A DNA stretch of 64,000 bases from Flavobacteriales bacterium (GTDB taxonomy: Bacteria > Bacteroidota > Bacteroidia > Flavobacteriales_F > PHOS-HE28): the NCBI GenBank assembly GCA_041745875.1, contig JBGTIB010000109.1, positions 1,976-65,975 on the forward strand. The letters run 5' to 3'. A program made the position numbers and the translations under genes. The notes under the pieces were generated by a model. It was given only the letters and a program-made list of their open reading frames with translations, ran no database searches and was not told the origin of the DNA. Positions 37,297-45,825 of the stretch are shown piece after piece; positions within the stretch are counted from its first letter, which is position 1; each line of letters opens with the position of its first letter.

Positions 37297-38754
37297 ATGA
37301 GAACCCTTTATGCGCTCCTGACTGTTCCGCTGCTCATCGCTTGTGGTGTTCCGCAGCCCAACAAGAGCTCCGAAGGGACGGATGCAACGGCCCGTATCGA
37401 TGGCTTCCTGACGGCTTGTATGGATGCTGGGTTCAATGGCAGCGTCCTGATCATGCGCGAAGATCACGTCCTGCTTGACAAGGGCTACGGATCGCGCGAT
37501 CGCGAACAGGATCTACCGAATGAGCCTTCCACTGTCCACGCCATCGGCTCCATCACCAAGCAATTCACGGCGGCGTGCATACTGAAATTGCAGGAGCAGG
37601 GTAAGTTGAAGGTGACCGATCTGATGAGCGCCTATCTGTCCAATGTTCCAACGGATAAAGCCGACATCACCTTGCATCATCTGCTCACGCACAGTGCAGG
37701 ATTTTCGGGTGCCATCGGCGACGACAATGCAGCGATCGACGACGGCGACTTCACGCGGCTCGCCTTCGATACGCCCCTGGAGTTCACGCCGGGTACTGGA
37801 TACGCTTACTCGAACGTGGGCTACAGCCTGCTCGGCATCATCGTGGAGCACGTGAGCGGCATGTCCTACGAGCGTTTCCTGCATGATGAATTGCTCGCAC
37901 CGGCGGGCCTTCAGCGCACCGGCTACCGGATCCCGGAATGGGCGAAGGAGCAACTGGCCATCGGCTACCGCAAGGACGGATCGCGTTGGGGCACCATGCT
38001 CGATCATCCCACGGTGAATGGTGGACCGGGCTGGCACTTGCGCGCCAACGGTGGCCTGCTGAGCACCACGCACGACATGGCCGCCTGGGTGGAAGCGCTC
38101 AGTTCGAACAAGGTGTTGACCAAGGCATCCACGGACGCGATGTTCACGCCACATGTGTTGGAGGGCGAAGGTGCCGGATCGCACTACGGCTATGGCTGGG
38201 CCATCTTCCGCACGCCACGCAACACACGATTGATCGCACATAACGGTGGCAACGGGATCCAGTTCGCCGATGTGCTCTGGTATGCTGACGAAGGTGTGAC
38301 CGTGGTGCTGATGAGCAACGCCAATCAGCGCGGCATGCAGGACCTTGCATGGGAAGTGGGCCGCATGGTCTTCGATCCCACCTATGTACCGTCAATGCCA
38401 CAAGCGGCCAAGGCCCTGGAAGGCGTGCCTGAGGGTCCCGCTGGCGACCGCATGAAGGCGCTTTCCGCCATCATTGCCGGTACCGGTGACGATGAGGAGT
38501 TGAAGGCATGGTTCGCCGAACACTTCGGTCCCGGGTTTCTCGCGGACTTTCCCATGGAGCAGCACCTCTCGGTATTCAAACAATTGCGTACCGACATCGG
38601 TCCCAATCACATCGAGCGGGTGGAACAACTGGGGCCGGATGAGTTCGCCTTGCTGCTCGTGAGCGACGGCGATCAAAGCCGTTGGCGCGTGATGATGCAG
38701 TTGCGCCCCAGCGATGCGCGCATTGGCGGGTTAGGAGTGGAGAAGGTGGAGTAG
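37297..38754 (+). CDS. serine hydrolase (class C beta-lactamase / PBP4*-like family), lipoprotein
   Basis: I prefer ATG 37297 (MRTLYALLTVPLLIACG). It has the SxxK motif GSITKQFTA, and YSNVGYSLLG is the YxN motif. Confidence 0.85.
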   Translation: MRTLYALLTVPLLIACGVPQPNKSSEGTDATARIDGFLTACMDAGFNGSVLIMREDHVLLDKGYGSRDREQDLPNEPSTVHAIGSITKQFTAACILKLQEQGKLKVTDLMSAYLSNVPTDKADITLHHLLTHSAGFSGAIGDDNAAIDDGDFTRLAFDTPLEFTPGTGYAYSNVGYSLLGIIVEHVSGMSYERFLHDELLAPAGLQRTGYRIPEWAKEQLAIGYRKDGSRWGTMLDHPTVNGGPGWHLRANGGLLSTTHDMAAWVEALSSNKVLTKASTDAMFTPHVLEGEGAGSHYGYGWAIFRTPRNTRLIAHNGGNGIQFADVLWYADEGVTVVLMSNANQRGMQDLAWEVGRMVFDPTYVPSMPQAAKALEGVPEGPAGDRMKALSAIIAGTGDDEELKAWFAEHFGPGFLADFPMEQHLSVFKQLRTDIGPNHIERVEQLGPDEFALLLVSDGDQSRWRVMMQLRPSDARIGGLGVEKVE

Positions 38755-38826
38755 GGAACCACTCGTGCTCAGGCTATGTCTGTCATCAAAGCTGTGCCAA
38801 CGAGATATGGAACCCTGTTGAGACCG

Positions 38827-41292
38827 CTATTCCCCCACCATCCCCACCACCTTCTCCACCACATCCTCCACGCTCGGCTTGCTGAAGTAGTCCCCATCGC
38901 TGCCATAGGCAGGACGATGGGCCTTCGCGCTCAGCGTGCTCGGCGTGGCGTCCAAGTACTGGTAGCCGCCCTGCACTTCCAGGATCTGTTGTAACAGGTA
39001 CGCGCTGGCACCGCCGGGCACATCCTCGTCCACCACCAGCAGGCGGTTGGTCTTCTTCAAGCTTTCCACACAGGTGTGCTCCAGGTCGAAGGGGAGGAGG
39101 GTGCGGGCATCCACCAACTCCACGCTGATGCCCAGTTCGGCCAAACGGTCGGCGGCTTGGGCGCAGAGATTGAACGTGCTGCCGTAGCTCACCAATGTCA
39201 GGTCCTCGCCTTCGCGCACCACTTCGGCCTTGCCGATGGGCACGGTGAATTCGCCGAGATTGCTGGGCAGACGCTCTTTGCTGCGGTAACCGTTGAGGCA
39301 CTCGATCACCAGCGCGGCATCGTCGCTTTGCAAGAGGGTGTTGTACATGCCGGCGGCCTGCTGCATGTTGCGGGGCACGCACACCACCACGCCGCGCGCG
39401 GCATTGATGATCATGCCCATCGGGCTGCCACTGTGCCACACACCTTCCAGGCGATGCCCGCGGGTACGGATGATCAGTGGCGCTTTCTGCCCGCCCTTGG
39501 TGCGCCATTGCACGGTGGCCAGGTCATCACTGATGCCTTGGATGCAATAGAGCAAATAGTCGAGGTACTGGATCTCGGCGATGGGGCGCAGCCCGCGCAG
39601 CGCCATGCCCAGCCCCTGACCGAAGATGGTGGCCTCGCGGATGCCGGTGTCGCTCACGCGCAATTCGCCGAAGCGTGCCTGCATGCCCTCCATGCCCTGG
39701 TTCACGTCGCCGATCTTGCCGGTGTCCTCGCCGAACATCAGCACCAACGGCTCCTTCTCGAAGAGCGCCGCAAAGTTGTCGCGGATGATGATGCGGCCAT
39801 CGACCTCCTCATCGCTGTCGTACCGCACCGGCACCTCGGCAATGTTCAATGCGCTCTCCGTGCTTTCGCTGTATAGGTGGCTGCCGTAACGATCGCCGTT
39901 CATGCGCATCGCCGTTTCGATCCAGTCAGTGAGCGGCTGGCGCGCAATGGGGTCGGCATTGCGACCAACGAGCAATGCCTTTCGTGCCGCGCTAACCACT
40001 TCCTTTCGACCGGGGCTCATCTCCGCACGCAGGTCGCTGGCCAGCCTGGCGATCGTCGCCGATGCATTGTCTTCGCCGTGGCGCGCACTGGCAAGCGCCT
40101 CTATCATAAAAGCCACATCGTCCAGTTCTCCTTTGATCTCGTCATGGAACGTTGCCCAGGCCGCCTTTTGTGCCGTGCGCACATCGGCCTTCGCCTGTTT
40201 CTCGATCGCATCGAGTTCCTCTTCCGTTGCAATGGCCTCGCCACCGGGTTTGAAGTTCAGGATCCACTCGCGGAACTTCACGTTGCAGTCGTACACCTTG
40301 TACCACTCCAGCAGCGGCACCTCCTGCACGGGTTTGCCGTCCTTGTCACGGATCCAGTCGCTGATCGCACTCTTGTAGCGCTCGTGACTTCCGCTCGTAC
40401 TGTGGCCCTGCGGCTGCGTCACCTCCTCCACATGGATCAGGCAGGGCACATGCTCCTCACGACATAGTGCGATCGCCTCCTCGTACACGCGGTTCAAGCC
40501 AGCATAATCCCAGGCCTTGGTCTTGTACAGCCGGATGCCGTTGGTGCCTTCCTCCTTGCGGAAACCTTCCAGCAAGGTGCTGATGCTGCCCTTGGTGGTC
40601 TGGAAGTCCTTGCTCACGCTGATGCCCCAGCCATCGTCCCACACGCTCATCGCCAACGGTACCTGCAAAACCCCAGCGGCGTTCATGGTCTCCCAGAAGT
40701 GGCCCTCGCTTGTGCTGGCATCGCCGATCGTCCCGAAGGCCACCTCGTTGCCCTGTTCGCTCAGGTGCGTGTAGCCGTGCAACGCTTCGTTGTTGCGGAA
40801 CATCTTGCTGGCCTGCGCCAGTCCCAGCAAGCGCGGCATCTGTCCGGCCGTTGGACTGATGTCCGGACTGGAGTTGGGCTGTGCCATCAGGTCCTTCCAT
40901 TCGCCGTGCTCGTCCAGACTGCGGGTGGCGAAGTGGCCGTTCATGCTGCGGCCCGCGCTACTGGGGTCGGCGTGTACATCGGCGTGGGCGTAGAGCTGCG
41001 CGAACCACTGCTGTACAGAAAGCTCACCGATGGCGAACATGAAGGTCATGTCGCGGTAGTAGCCGCTGCGCCAGTCGCCGTTGCGGAACTGCTTGGCCAT
41101 GGCCACCTGCGCCAACTCCTTGCCATCGCCGAAGATGCCGAACTTGGCCTTGCCCGTGAGCACTTCCTTGCGACCCAGCAGACTGGCCTCGCGGCTTTCG
41201 CTCACGAGGCGGTAGTCGCGCAGGATCTCCTCGCGCACTTCCTCCAGCGTCATGCCTTCCTCCACGGTGGCGGCTTGTTCATTGCTTGCCAT
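38827..41292 (-). CDS. 2-oxoacid (branched-chain alpha-keto acid) dehydrogenase E1 component, fused alpha/beta subunits
   Basis: 821 aa. The N-terminal half is a TPP-binding E1 alpha-like region. The C-terminal half is a transketolase-like pyrimidine-binding and C-terminal domain (RVSDTGIREATIFGQGLGMALRGLRPIAEIQYLDY...). Confidence 0.9.
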   Translation of the reverse strand: MASNEQAATVEEGMTLEEVREEILRDYRLVSESREASLLGRKEVLTGKAKFGIFGDGKELAQVAMAKQFRNGDWRSGYYRDMTFMFAIGELSVQQWFAQLYAHADVHADPSSAGRSMNGHFATRSLDEHGEWKDLMAQPNSSPDISPTAGQMPRLLGLAQASKMFRNNEALHGYTHLSEQGNEVAFGTIGDASTSEGHFWETMNAAGVLQVPLAMSVWDDGWGISVSKDFQTTKGSISTLLEGFRKEEGTNGIRLYKTKAWDYAGLNRVYEEAIALCREEHVPCLIHVEEVTQPQGHSTSGSHERYKSAISDWIRDKDGKPVQEVPLLEWYKVYDCNVKFREWILNFKPGGEAIATEEELDAIEKQAKADVRTAQKAAWATFHDEIKGELDDVAFMIEALASARHGEDNASATIARLASDLRAEMSPGRKEVVSAARKALLVGRNADPIARQPLTDWIETAMRMNGDRYGSHLYSESTESALNIAEVPVRYDSDEEVDGRIIIRDNFAALFEKEPLVLMFGEDTGKIGDVNQGMEGMQARFGELRVSDTGIREATIFGQGLGMALRGLRPIAEIQYLDYLLYCIQGISDDLATVQWRTKGGQKAPLIIRTRGHRLEGVWHSGSPMGMIINAARGVVVCVPRNMQQAAGMYNTLLQSDDAALVIECLNGYRSKERLPSNLGEFTVPIGKAEVVREGEDLTLVSYGSTFNLCAQAADRLAELGISVELVDARTLLPFDLEHTCVESLKKTNRLLVVDEDVPGGASAYLLQQILEVQGGYQYLDATPSTLSAKAHRPAYGSDGDYFSKPSVEDVVEKVVGMVGE

Positions 41293-41331
41293 GGGCTCAT
41301 TTTTCGATCAGTTCCAAAGGTAGGGCGTAGG

Positions 41332-41769
41332 GTGCTTTGCAGCAGGTCGCATTACATTGGCGGTATTAGCACCGCCCCCAAGACCCGCCCCACCACCGAC
41401 AGTATCGATGCCTTCATCGATGCGCTTCCCAAGGAGGAGCAGCGTGACGACAGCCGCACGCTCATCAAACTCATGCAGGCCGCCACCCGGCAGCCGCCCA
41501 TACTCTGGGGCTCGGCCATCATCGGCTTCGGGAGCACACCGCTCAAGTATGCCAACGGCAAGGAACTGGACTGGCCCATCATCGCCTTCAGCCCACGCAA
41601 GGCCGCGCTCACGCTCTACCTCACTTGCGACATCAAGCAGTACGAGTCGCATTTGCAGAAGCTGGGCAAGTACAGCACTGGCGTTGGCTGCCTGTACGTG
41701 AAACGCCTCAGCGATGTGGACGCCAAGGTGCTGGAGAAACTGGTGAAGGTGGCGGTGAAGGATGCTTGA
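41332..41769 (+). CDS. DUF1801 (YdhG-like) domain protein
   Basis: The C-terminal part of listed ORF 40699..41769 reads TDSIDAFIDALPKEEQRDDSRTLIKLMQAA...PLKYANGKELDWPIIAFSPRKAALTLYL...GCLYVKRLSDVD. The frame has no ATG upstream of this domain and downstream of the divergent E1 start. GTG 41332 is my best guess, so the start is uncertain. Confidence 0.65.
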   Translation: MLCSRSHYIGGISTAPKTRPTTDSIDAFIDALPKEEQRDDSRTLIKLMQAATRQPPILWGSAIIGFGSTPLKYANGKELDWPIIAFSPRKAALTLYLTCDIKQYESHLQKLGKYSTGVGCLYVKRLSDVDAKVLEKLVKVAVKDA

Positions 41770-41862
41770 CCATGCCAGGGCCGGGCAGAGTGCGTGCTTA
41801 GGCCCGGGATCTTGTGGGTCGAAATGGATCGTTCACATCCATCCGTAATAAATTCCAAGATC

Positions 41863-42357
41863 ATGGATACCCAAACACTCGGTCCCATCCTTGGCGCGCT
41901 CTTCGCCGAACTTACCACGGGTGCTTCGCCCCAGGGTGCCTTCATTCTCAATGGCGGAGATCCCGGCCTGCTCGCATCGCTCGATAAGCTCAACGCAGCC
42001 GATGCCTCGCGTGCCGCGCACCACGGGGCCACCATCGCCGCGCATGCCGCGCATGTGAGCTACGGTCTCTCGCTCATGAACCGCTGGGCCACCGAGGGCG
42101 GCAACCCCTTCGCCAAGGCGCGTTGGCAGGAAGCCTGGCGGATCTCCGTGGTGGACGATGCACAGTGGCAGGACATCCGCGACGCCTTGCGCAAGGAGGT
42201 GGTGCAATGGAAGGAAGCCCTGGGAACACCGCGCGAAGTGATGGACATCGAACTCAGCGGCATGATCGCCAGCATCGCGCATACCGCCTACCACCTCGGT
42301 GCCATGCGCCAGATCAGTGCCGCGTTGCGTGGACCGAAGGACCCTTCAGCCCGGTGA
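41863..42357 (+). CDS. DinB-like superfamily protein
   Basis: ATG 41863 (MDTQTLGPILGALF). It looks like a four-helix bundle with spaced His residues (AAHAAHVSYG, IAHTAYHLGAMRQ). Confidence 0.6.
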   Translation: MDTQTLGPILGALFAELTTGASPQGAFILNGGDPGLLASLDKLNAADASRAAHHGATIAAHAAHVSYGLSLMNRWATEGGNPFAKARWQEAWRISVVDDAQWQDIRDALRKEVVQWKEALGTPREVMDIELSGMIASIAHTAYHLGAMRQISAALRGPKDPSAR

Positions 42358-42448
42358 GGGCCGTTCGTGAACGACTTGCGGGAACGGAAAGGAGCCTATC
42401 TTCCTCCCCGAGATCCACGACAACGTCGTTCCACGCACACCCCGACCC

Positions 42449-43465
42449 ATGGAAAGCCCTGCTGTCCTTGCCATCGTGACCTTGATGTTCGCCACCAACA
42501 CCGGCATTGCGCAGACCTTGAACCAAGGGAACATGGCGCCTGTGGTGGGCGATGTGCTAAGTGAATACCAAGCGCCCTACATAGCGCCCGGCCCTGCAGG
42601 TGCCAACCAAACCTGGGACTTCAGTACCCTTATCACCGGCACAGTGGTCACCAAGAACTATATGACTGCAGCATCCACGGGCTATTCCACCTTTTTTTCC
42701 AATGCCAACCTGGCCGCAGACCATGGACAGGGCATATTCGTGTTCTACTGGGTCAACAACAACAGTTTGGAGTTCGTGGGCATATATTTCGCTGATGCCA
42801 GTTTTGCGCGACCCTACCAGAACCCGGTAAAGGTGATGACCTATCCCTGCAGTTTCAATACAACTTGGACGGATAATTTCAGCAGCAACTACACCTTCAG
42901 CGGCACCGCCGTCATGCGCACCGGCACCATTACAGGTGCGGCCGATGGTTTCGGCACCGTGGTGATGCCATATGGACCCGTTACCAATGTGCTGCGTGTG
43001 CGTGTGGAGGAGACATATACGGATGTCCACAACTATGGCTACTCCGTAAATAGCAGCACCACGCACCATTTCTACAAACCCGGGATCACCTCGGGTCCCA
43101 TCCTGAGCATCTTGGAGGACACGATGAACCAGAACAGCAATCCTCAAACACACCGATCCTCCCTGTGGCGGACCACTGCACCAGCGGGCATCCTTGAGCG
43201 CAACGCCGATGCCATCGGCATCGACCTGTTCCCCAATCCGGCCACCGACCAGCTGAGCATCGTGTTCGGCAGTGTTGGGGGCAGCACCCGGCTGGAGTTG
43301 CTCGATGCAACCGGCCGCCTGGTGCGTAGCGAGCACTTCGCTGCCATGCCCATGGGTATCAACCGCGTGGACCTCGATGTGAACGAGATCCCTGCCGGTA
43401 CCTATGTGGTGCGTATCATCGCTGCCAATGGTGATCAGGGCGCCAAGCGATTGGTCGTGCAGTAA
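42449..43465 (+). CDS. T9SS-sorted hypothetical secreted protein
   Basis: Signal peptide, followed by a C-terminal sorting domain IDLFPNPATDQLSIVF...IPAGTYVVRIIAANGDQGAKRLVVQ. Confidence 0.75.
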   Translation: MESPAVLAIVTLMFATNTGIAQTLNQGNMAPVVGDVLSEYQAPYIAPGPAGANQTWDFSTLITGTVVTKNYMTAASTGYSTFFSNANLAADHGQGIFVFYWVNNNSLEFVGIYFADASFARPYQNPVKVMTYPCSFNTTWTDNFSSNYTFSGTAVMRTGTITGAADGFGTVVMPYGPVTNVLRVRVEETYTDVHNYGYSVNSSTTHHFYKPGITSGPILSILEDTMNQNSNPQTHRSSLWRTTAPAGILERNADAIGIDLFPNPATDQLSIVFGSVGGSTRLELLDATGRLVRSEHFAAMPMGINRVDLDVNEIPAGTYVVRIIAANGDQGAKRLVVQ

Positions 43466-43597
43466 GGTCTTGCCAACGCCGCATGCGAAGGGCCGTCCAT
43501 GGGGCGGCTTTTTGCATGCGCCCTTGTCCGTTGTTCGGTCGCCGAACTGACAACCCTCGTCCACACACCACTGTTCACATTCCAACACCCTTGCTGA

Positions 43598-43831
43598 TTT
43601 CCTGGAAAAGACGGCATGGTGAAGTATGTGGGCGCAGCGAACGACCGCGACCCCATCTCGCAAGCCATTGGAGGTGCCATCCCCACAGCGACCTTGGCCG
43701 GCTACCTTCCAGCGGATGTGAACATGGACGGCACCATCAAATACATGGGCGCCGAAAACGACCGCGATCTGATCCTGCAGACCATCGGGGGCAGCGTGCC
43801 AACGGCGGTGCGGTATGAACAGGGACCGTGA
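43598..43831 (+). pseudogene. orphan 3' remnant encoding two dockerin-like/EF-hand-like repeats (paralogous to the C-terminus of ORF 51365..53695)
   Basis: FPGKDGMVKYVGAANDRDPISQAIGGAIPT...DVNMDGTIKYMGAENDRDLILQTIGGSVPT matches DVNSDGVIGYAGLNNDRDEILLEIGGLVPT...DVNLDGVVRYAGNGNDRDIILQNIGGVVPT. The first repeat starts before the only ATG, and an in-frame TGA sits at 43595-43597. Confidence 0.5.
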
Positions 43832-43978
43832 GGGAGAGGCCCCGGAAGCACACGGAGGACCACCGTTCACATCCTTAAACGCAACAACCCCGTCCTTAAA
43901 GACCGGGGCTGTTCACTATAGCGAGACAGGATGGGCACGTTGCGGTAAGGCAAGCGCACCTGCGCACCTGGCGGGTTC

Positions 43979-44080
43979 TTAGAAACGGACCAGGTAGACC
44001 ACCAACGCAATGGCGAAGATGATCGCGTACAGACCAGCCGCCAGGACGGTGGGGTGTGTACGGTGGAAGAAAGAGTTCAT
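43979..44080 (-). CDS. candidate 33-aa single-TM micro-protein
   Basis: My own translation, below the ORF-track cutoff: MNSFFHRTHPTVLAAGLYAIIFAIALVVYLVRF, running from ATG at 44080 to TAA at 43981-43979. An imperfect hairpin follows at about 43884-43913. This is weak evidence. Confidence 0.3.
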   Translation of the reverse strand: MNSFFHRTHPTVLAAGLYAIIFAIALVVYLVRF

Positions 44081-44220
44081 GACAATTGGGGTTTTACAAT
44101 AGCAAGACGCGCGAAAAGCCCCGCCGTTGCCTGCATTCATGGAATTAACAGGTTCTTAGGAATTCGGTCCCATAGCGGGTGGTCCGCCTTGGAATGTTGG
44201 CGGGCCTGGGGCACAGGCGC

Positions 44221-44895
44221 TTAGTTCTCTCCGCCGCCGAAGGCGTAGCCCACGATGTTCGCCCCCATGCGCAGGGCTTTCTGGCGCGTTTCCTCGCTGT
44301 TGCCGTGTACATCGGGGTCCTCCCAGCCATCGCCCAGGTCGCACTCGAAGTCGTAGAACAGCACCAGTCGCCCTTCCCAGATGAGGCCGTAGCCGTGGGG
44401 TGGGGCACCTTCGTGCTCGTGGATCTTGGGCAGGCCGCGCGCAAAGTCGAATTGCTGGTGGTAGATGGGGTGCGCAAAGGGAAGTTCAAGCAGTTCCAAC
44501 TCCGGGAAAACGCGCTGTAGCATGGGGCGGATGAAGGGGTCCATGCCATAATTGTCGCTGATGTGCAGGAAGCCACCGGCTATGAGGTAGTCGCGCAGGT
44601 TCTCCGCCTCCTGCTGGTTGAAGACCACGTTGCCATGGCCGGTCATGTGTACCCAGGGGTAGCTGAACAACTCGGGGCTGCCCACCTCCACCACAGGCAC
44701 CTCGGGGTTGATGTTCATACCCATCTTCTCGTTGCAGAAACGCACCAGGTTGGGCACCGCCGTGGGGTTGGCATACCAGTCGCCACCACCACCGTATTTG
44801 AGCACAGCGAGCTGGAAGGAACCCTGAGCGCTGACGTCGATGTGGCCAAGTGCCCCGATGCCAAGGGCCAGCAGGATCGCGATCCGTTGCAACAT
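44221..44895 (-). CDS. DUF4159 domain-containing protein
   Basis: ATG 44895 gives signal peptide MLQRIAILLALGIGALGHIDVSAQ, then LKYGGGGDWYANPTAVPNLVRF...PWVHMTGHGNVVF...GGFLHISDNYG... Confidence 0.85.
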   Translation of the reverse strand: MLQRIAILLALGIGALGHIDVSAQGSFQLAVLKYGGGGDWYANPTAVPNLVRFCNEKMGMNINPEVPVVEVGSPELFSYPWVHMTGHGNVVFNQQEAENLRDYLIAGGFLHISDNYGMDPFIRPMLQRVFPELELLELPFAHPIYHQQFDFARGLPKIHEHEGAPPHGYGLIWEGRLVLFYDFECDLGDGWEDPDVHGNSEETRQKALRMGANIVGYAFGGGEN

Positions 44896-44930
44896 GGCGC
44901 TAAGGTAGCTCGGGACCACGACGCTGCCGT

Positions 44931-45066
44931 TTGCGCACTGTCCCCGCAGATGCGCAACAGCAGCGTCGACCCTCCGGGTCGACATACCACGCGTCCGTCG
45001 TTGCATACTGTCCCCGCGTGTGCAACCAACATCGACCCTTCGGGGCGACCTACCGCATGCGCCGGC
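44931..45066. repeat. tandem ~70-bp intergenic repeat (2 units), each unit able to form two hairpins
   Basis: Unit A is 44931-45000 and unit B is 45001-~45066. They share the core ACTGTCCCCGC. Hairpins: TTGCGCA/TGCGCAA and GTCGACCC/GGGTCGAC in A; TTGCA/TGCAA and TCGACCC/GGGGCGA (one mismatch) in B. Confidence 0.7.
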
Positions 45067-45069
45067 CAC

Positions 45070-45774
45070 CTACCCACGCTGTTGCGCCAGACTGCACCAC
45101 GTACACACCGCCAGCGCAGCGGTCTCCGTACGCAGCCGCGCGTTCCCGATCGCCACAGCGGTGAAGCCGCTGGCACGCAGTTGTTCGGCCTCCTCGGGTG
45201 TGAAGTCGCCCTCCGGCCCTATCAACACCAAAGCGTCGTTGGTGGGTGAATAAACTTTCATCAGCGACGCGTGTTCGCCTTCGCACCAGCCGAAGAGCCG
45301 CTGCTGTGGAAGTTTTGTAGCGAGCAGGTCCGCGAGGATGATAGGCTCATCCAGGGTGGGCAGCCAGGCACGCTGGCTCTGCTTCATGGCGGCGATGGCC
45401 ACGCGCTGCAGGCGGTCCGTGCGCAGGCGGGTGCGTTCCGTGCGGCTGGTAAGCAGCGGGGTGATGCGGTCCACGCCCACTTCCACGGCCTTCTCCACGA
45501 ACCACTCCATGCGCTCCTGTTGTTTGGTGGGCGCCACGGCGATGTGGATGCGGGCCGTGCGTTCCGCCGCCTCGGTAATGCGCTCCATGATGGTGGCAGT
45601 GACCGTCCGTTTGTCCACGGCCAACATTACGGCCACGGCGCGTGTGCCCCTGCCATCGAGCAGTCCGATGCGCGTGCCAGAAGCTAGGCGCAATACATGG
45701 ATGGCGTGGTGGGCCTCGTCAGCGGGCAACTCCACGACATCTGCAGCAAGGTCCTTCAGGTGGAAAAGATGCAC
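45070..45774 (-). CDS. rsmE: 16S rRNA (uracil1498-N3)-methyltransferase RsmE
   Basis: HHAIHVLRL..G..I.LLDGRG, IHIAVAPTKQQERMEWFVEKAVEVGVDRITPL, LIGPEGDFTPEEA, LGNARLRTETAAL. I prefer GTG 45774 (MHLFHLKD); the listed start is ATG 45801. Confidence 0.85.
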   Translation of the reverse strand: MHLFHLKDLAADVVELPADEAHHAIHVLRLASGTRIGLLDGRGTRAVAVMLAVDKRTVTATIMERITEAAERTARIHIAVAPTKQQERMEWFVEKAVEVGVDRITPLLTSRTERTRLRTDRLQRVAIAAMKQSQRAWLPTLDEPIILADLLATKLPQQRLFGWCEGEHASLMKVYSPTNDALVLIGPEGDFTPEEAEQLRASGFTAVAIGNARLRTETAALAVCTWCSLAQQRG

Positions 45775-45825
45775 GGCTTGAATTCGCGTATGGACATGCA
45801 AGATGCACCAAGGCGATGGATCACC

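Noticed and set aside
44931-45066. The tandem repeat considered as a small CRISPR array.
   Set aside because: There are only two directly adjacent units with no spacers between them, the units are diverged, and there are no cas genes in the window.
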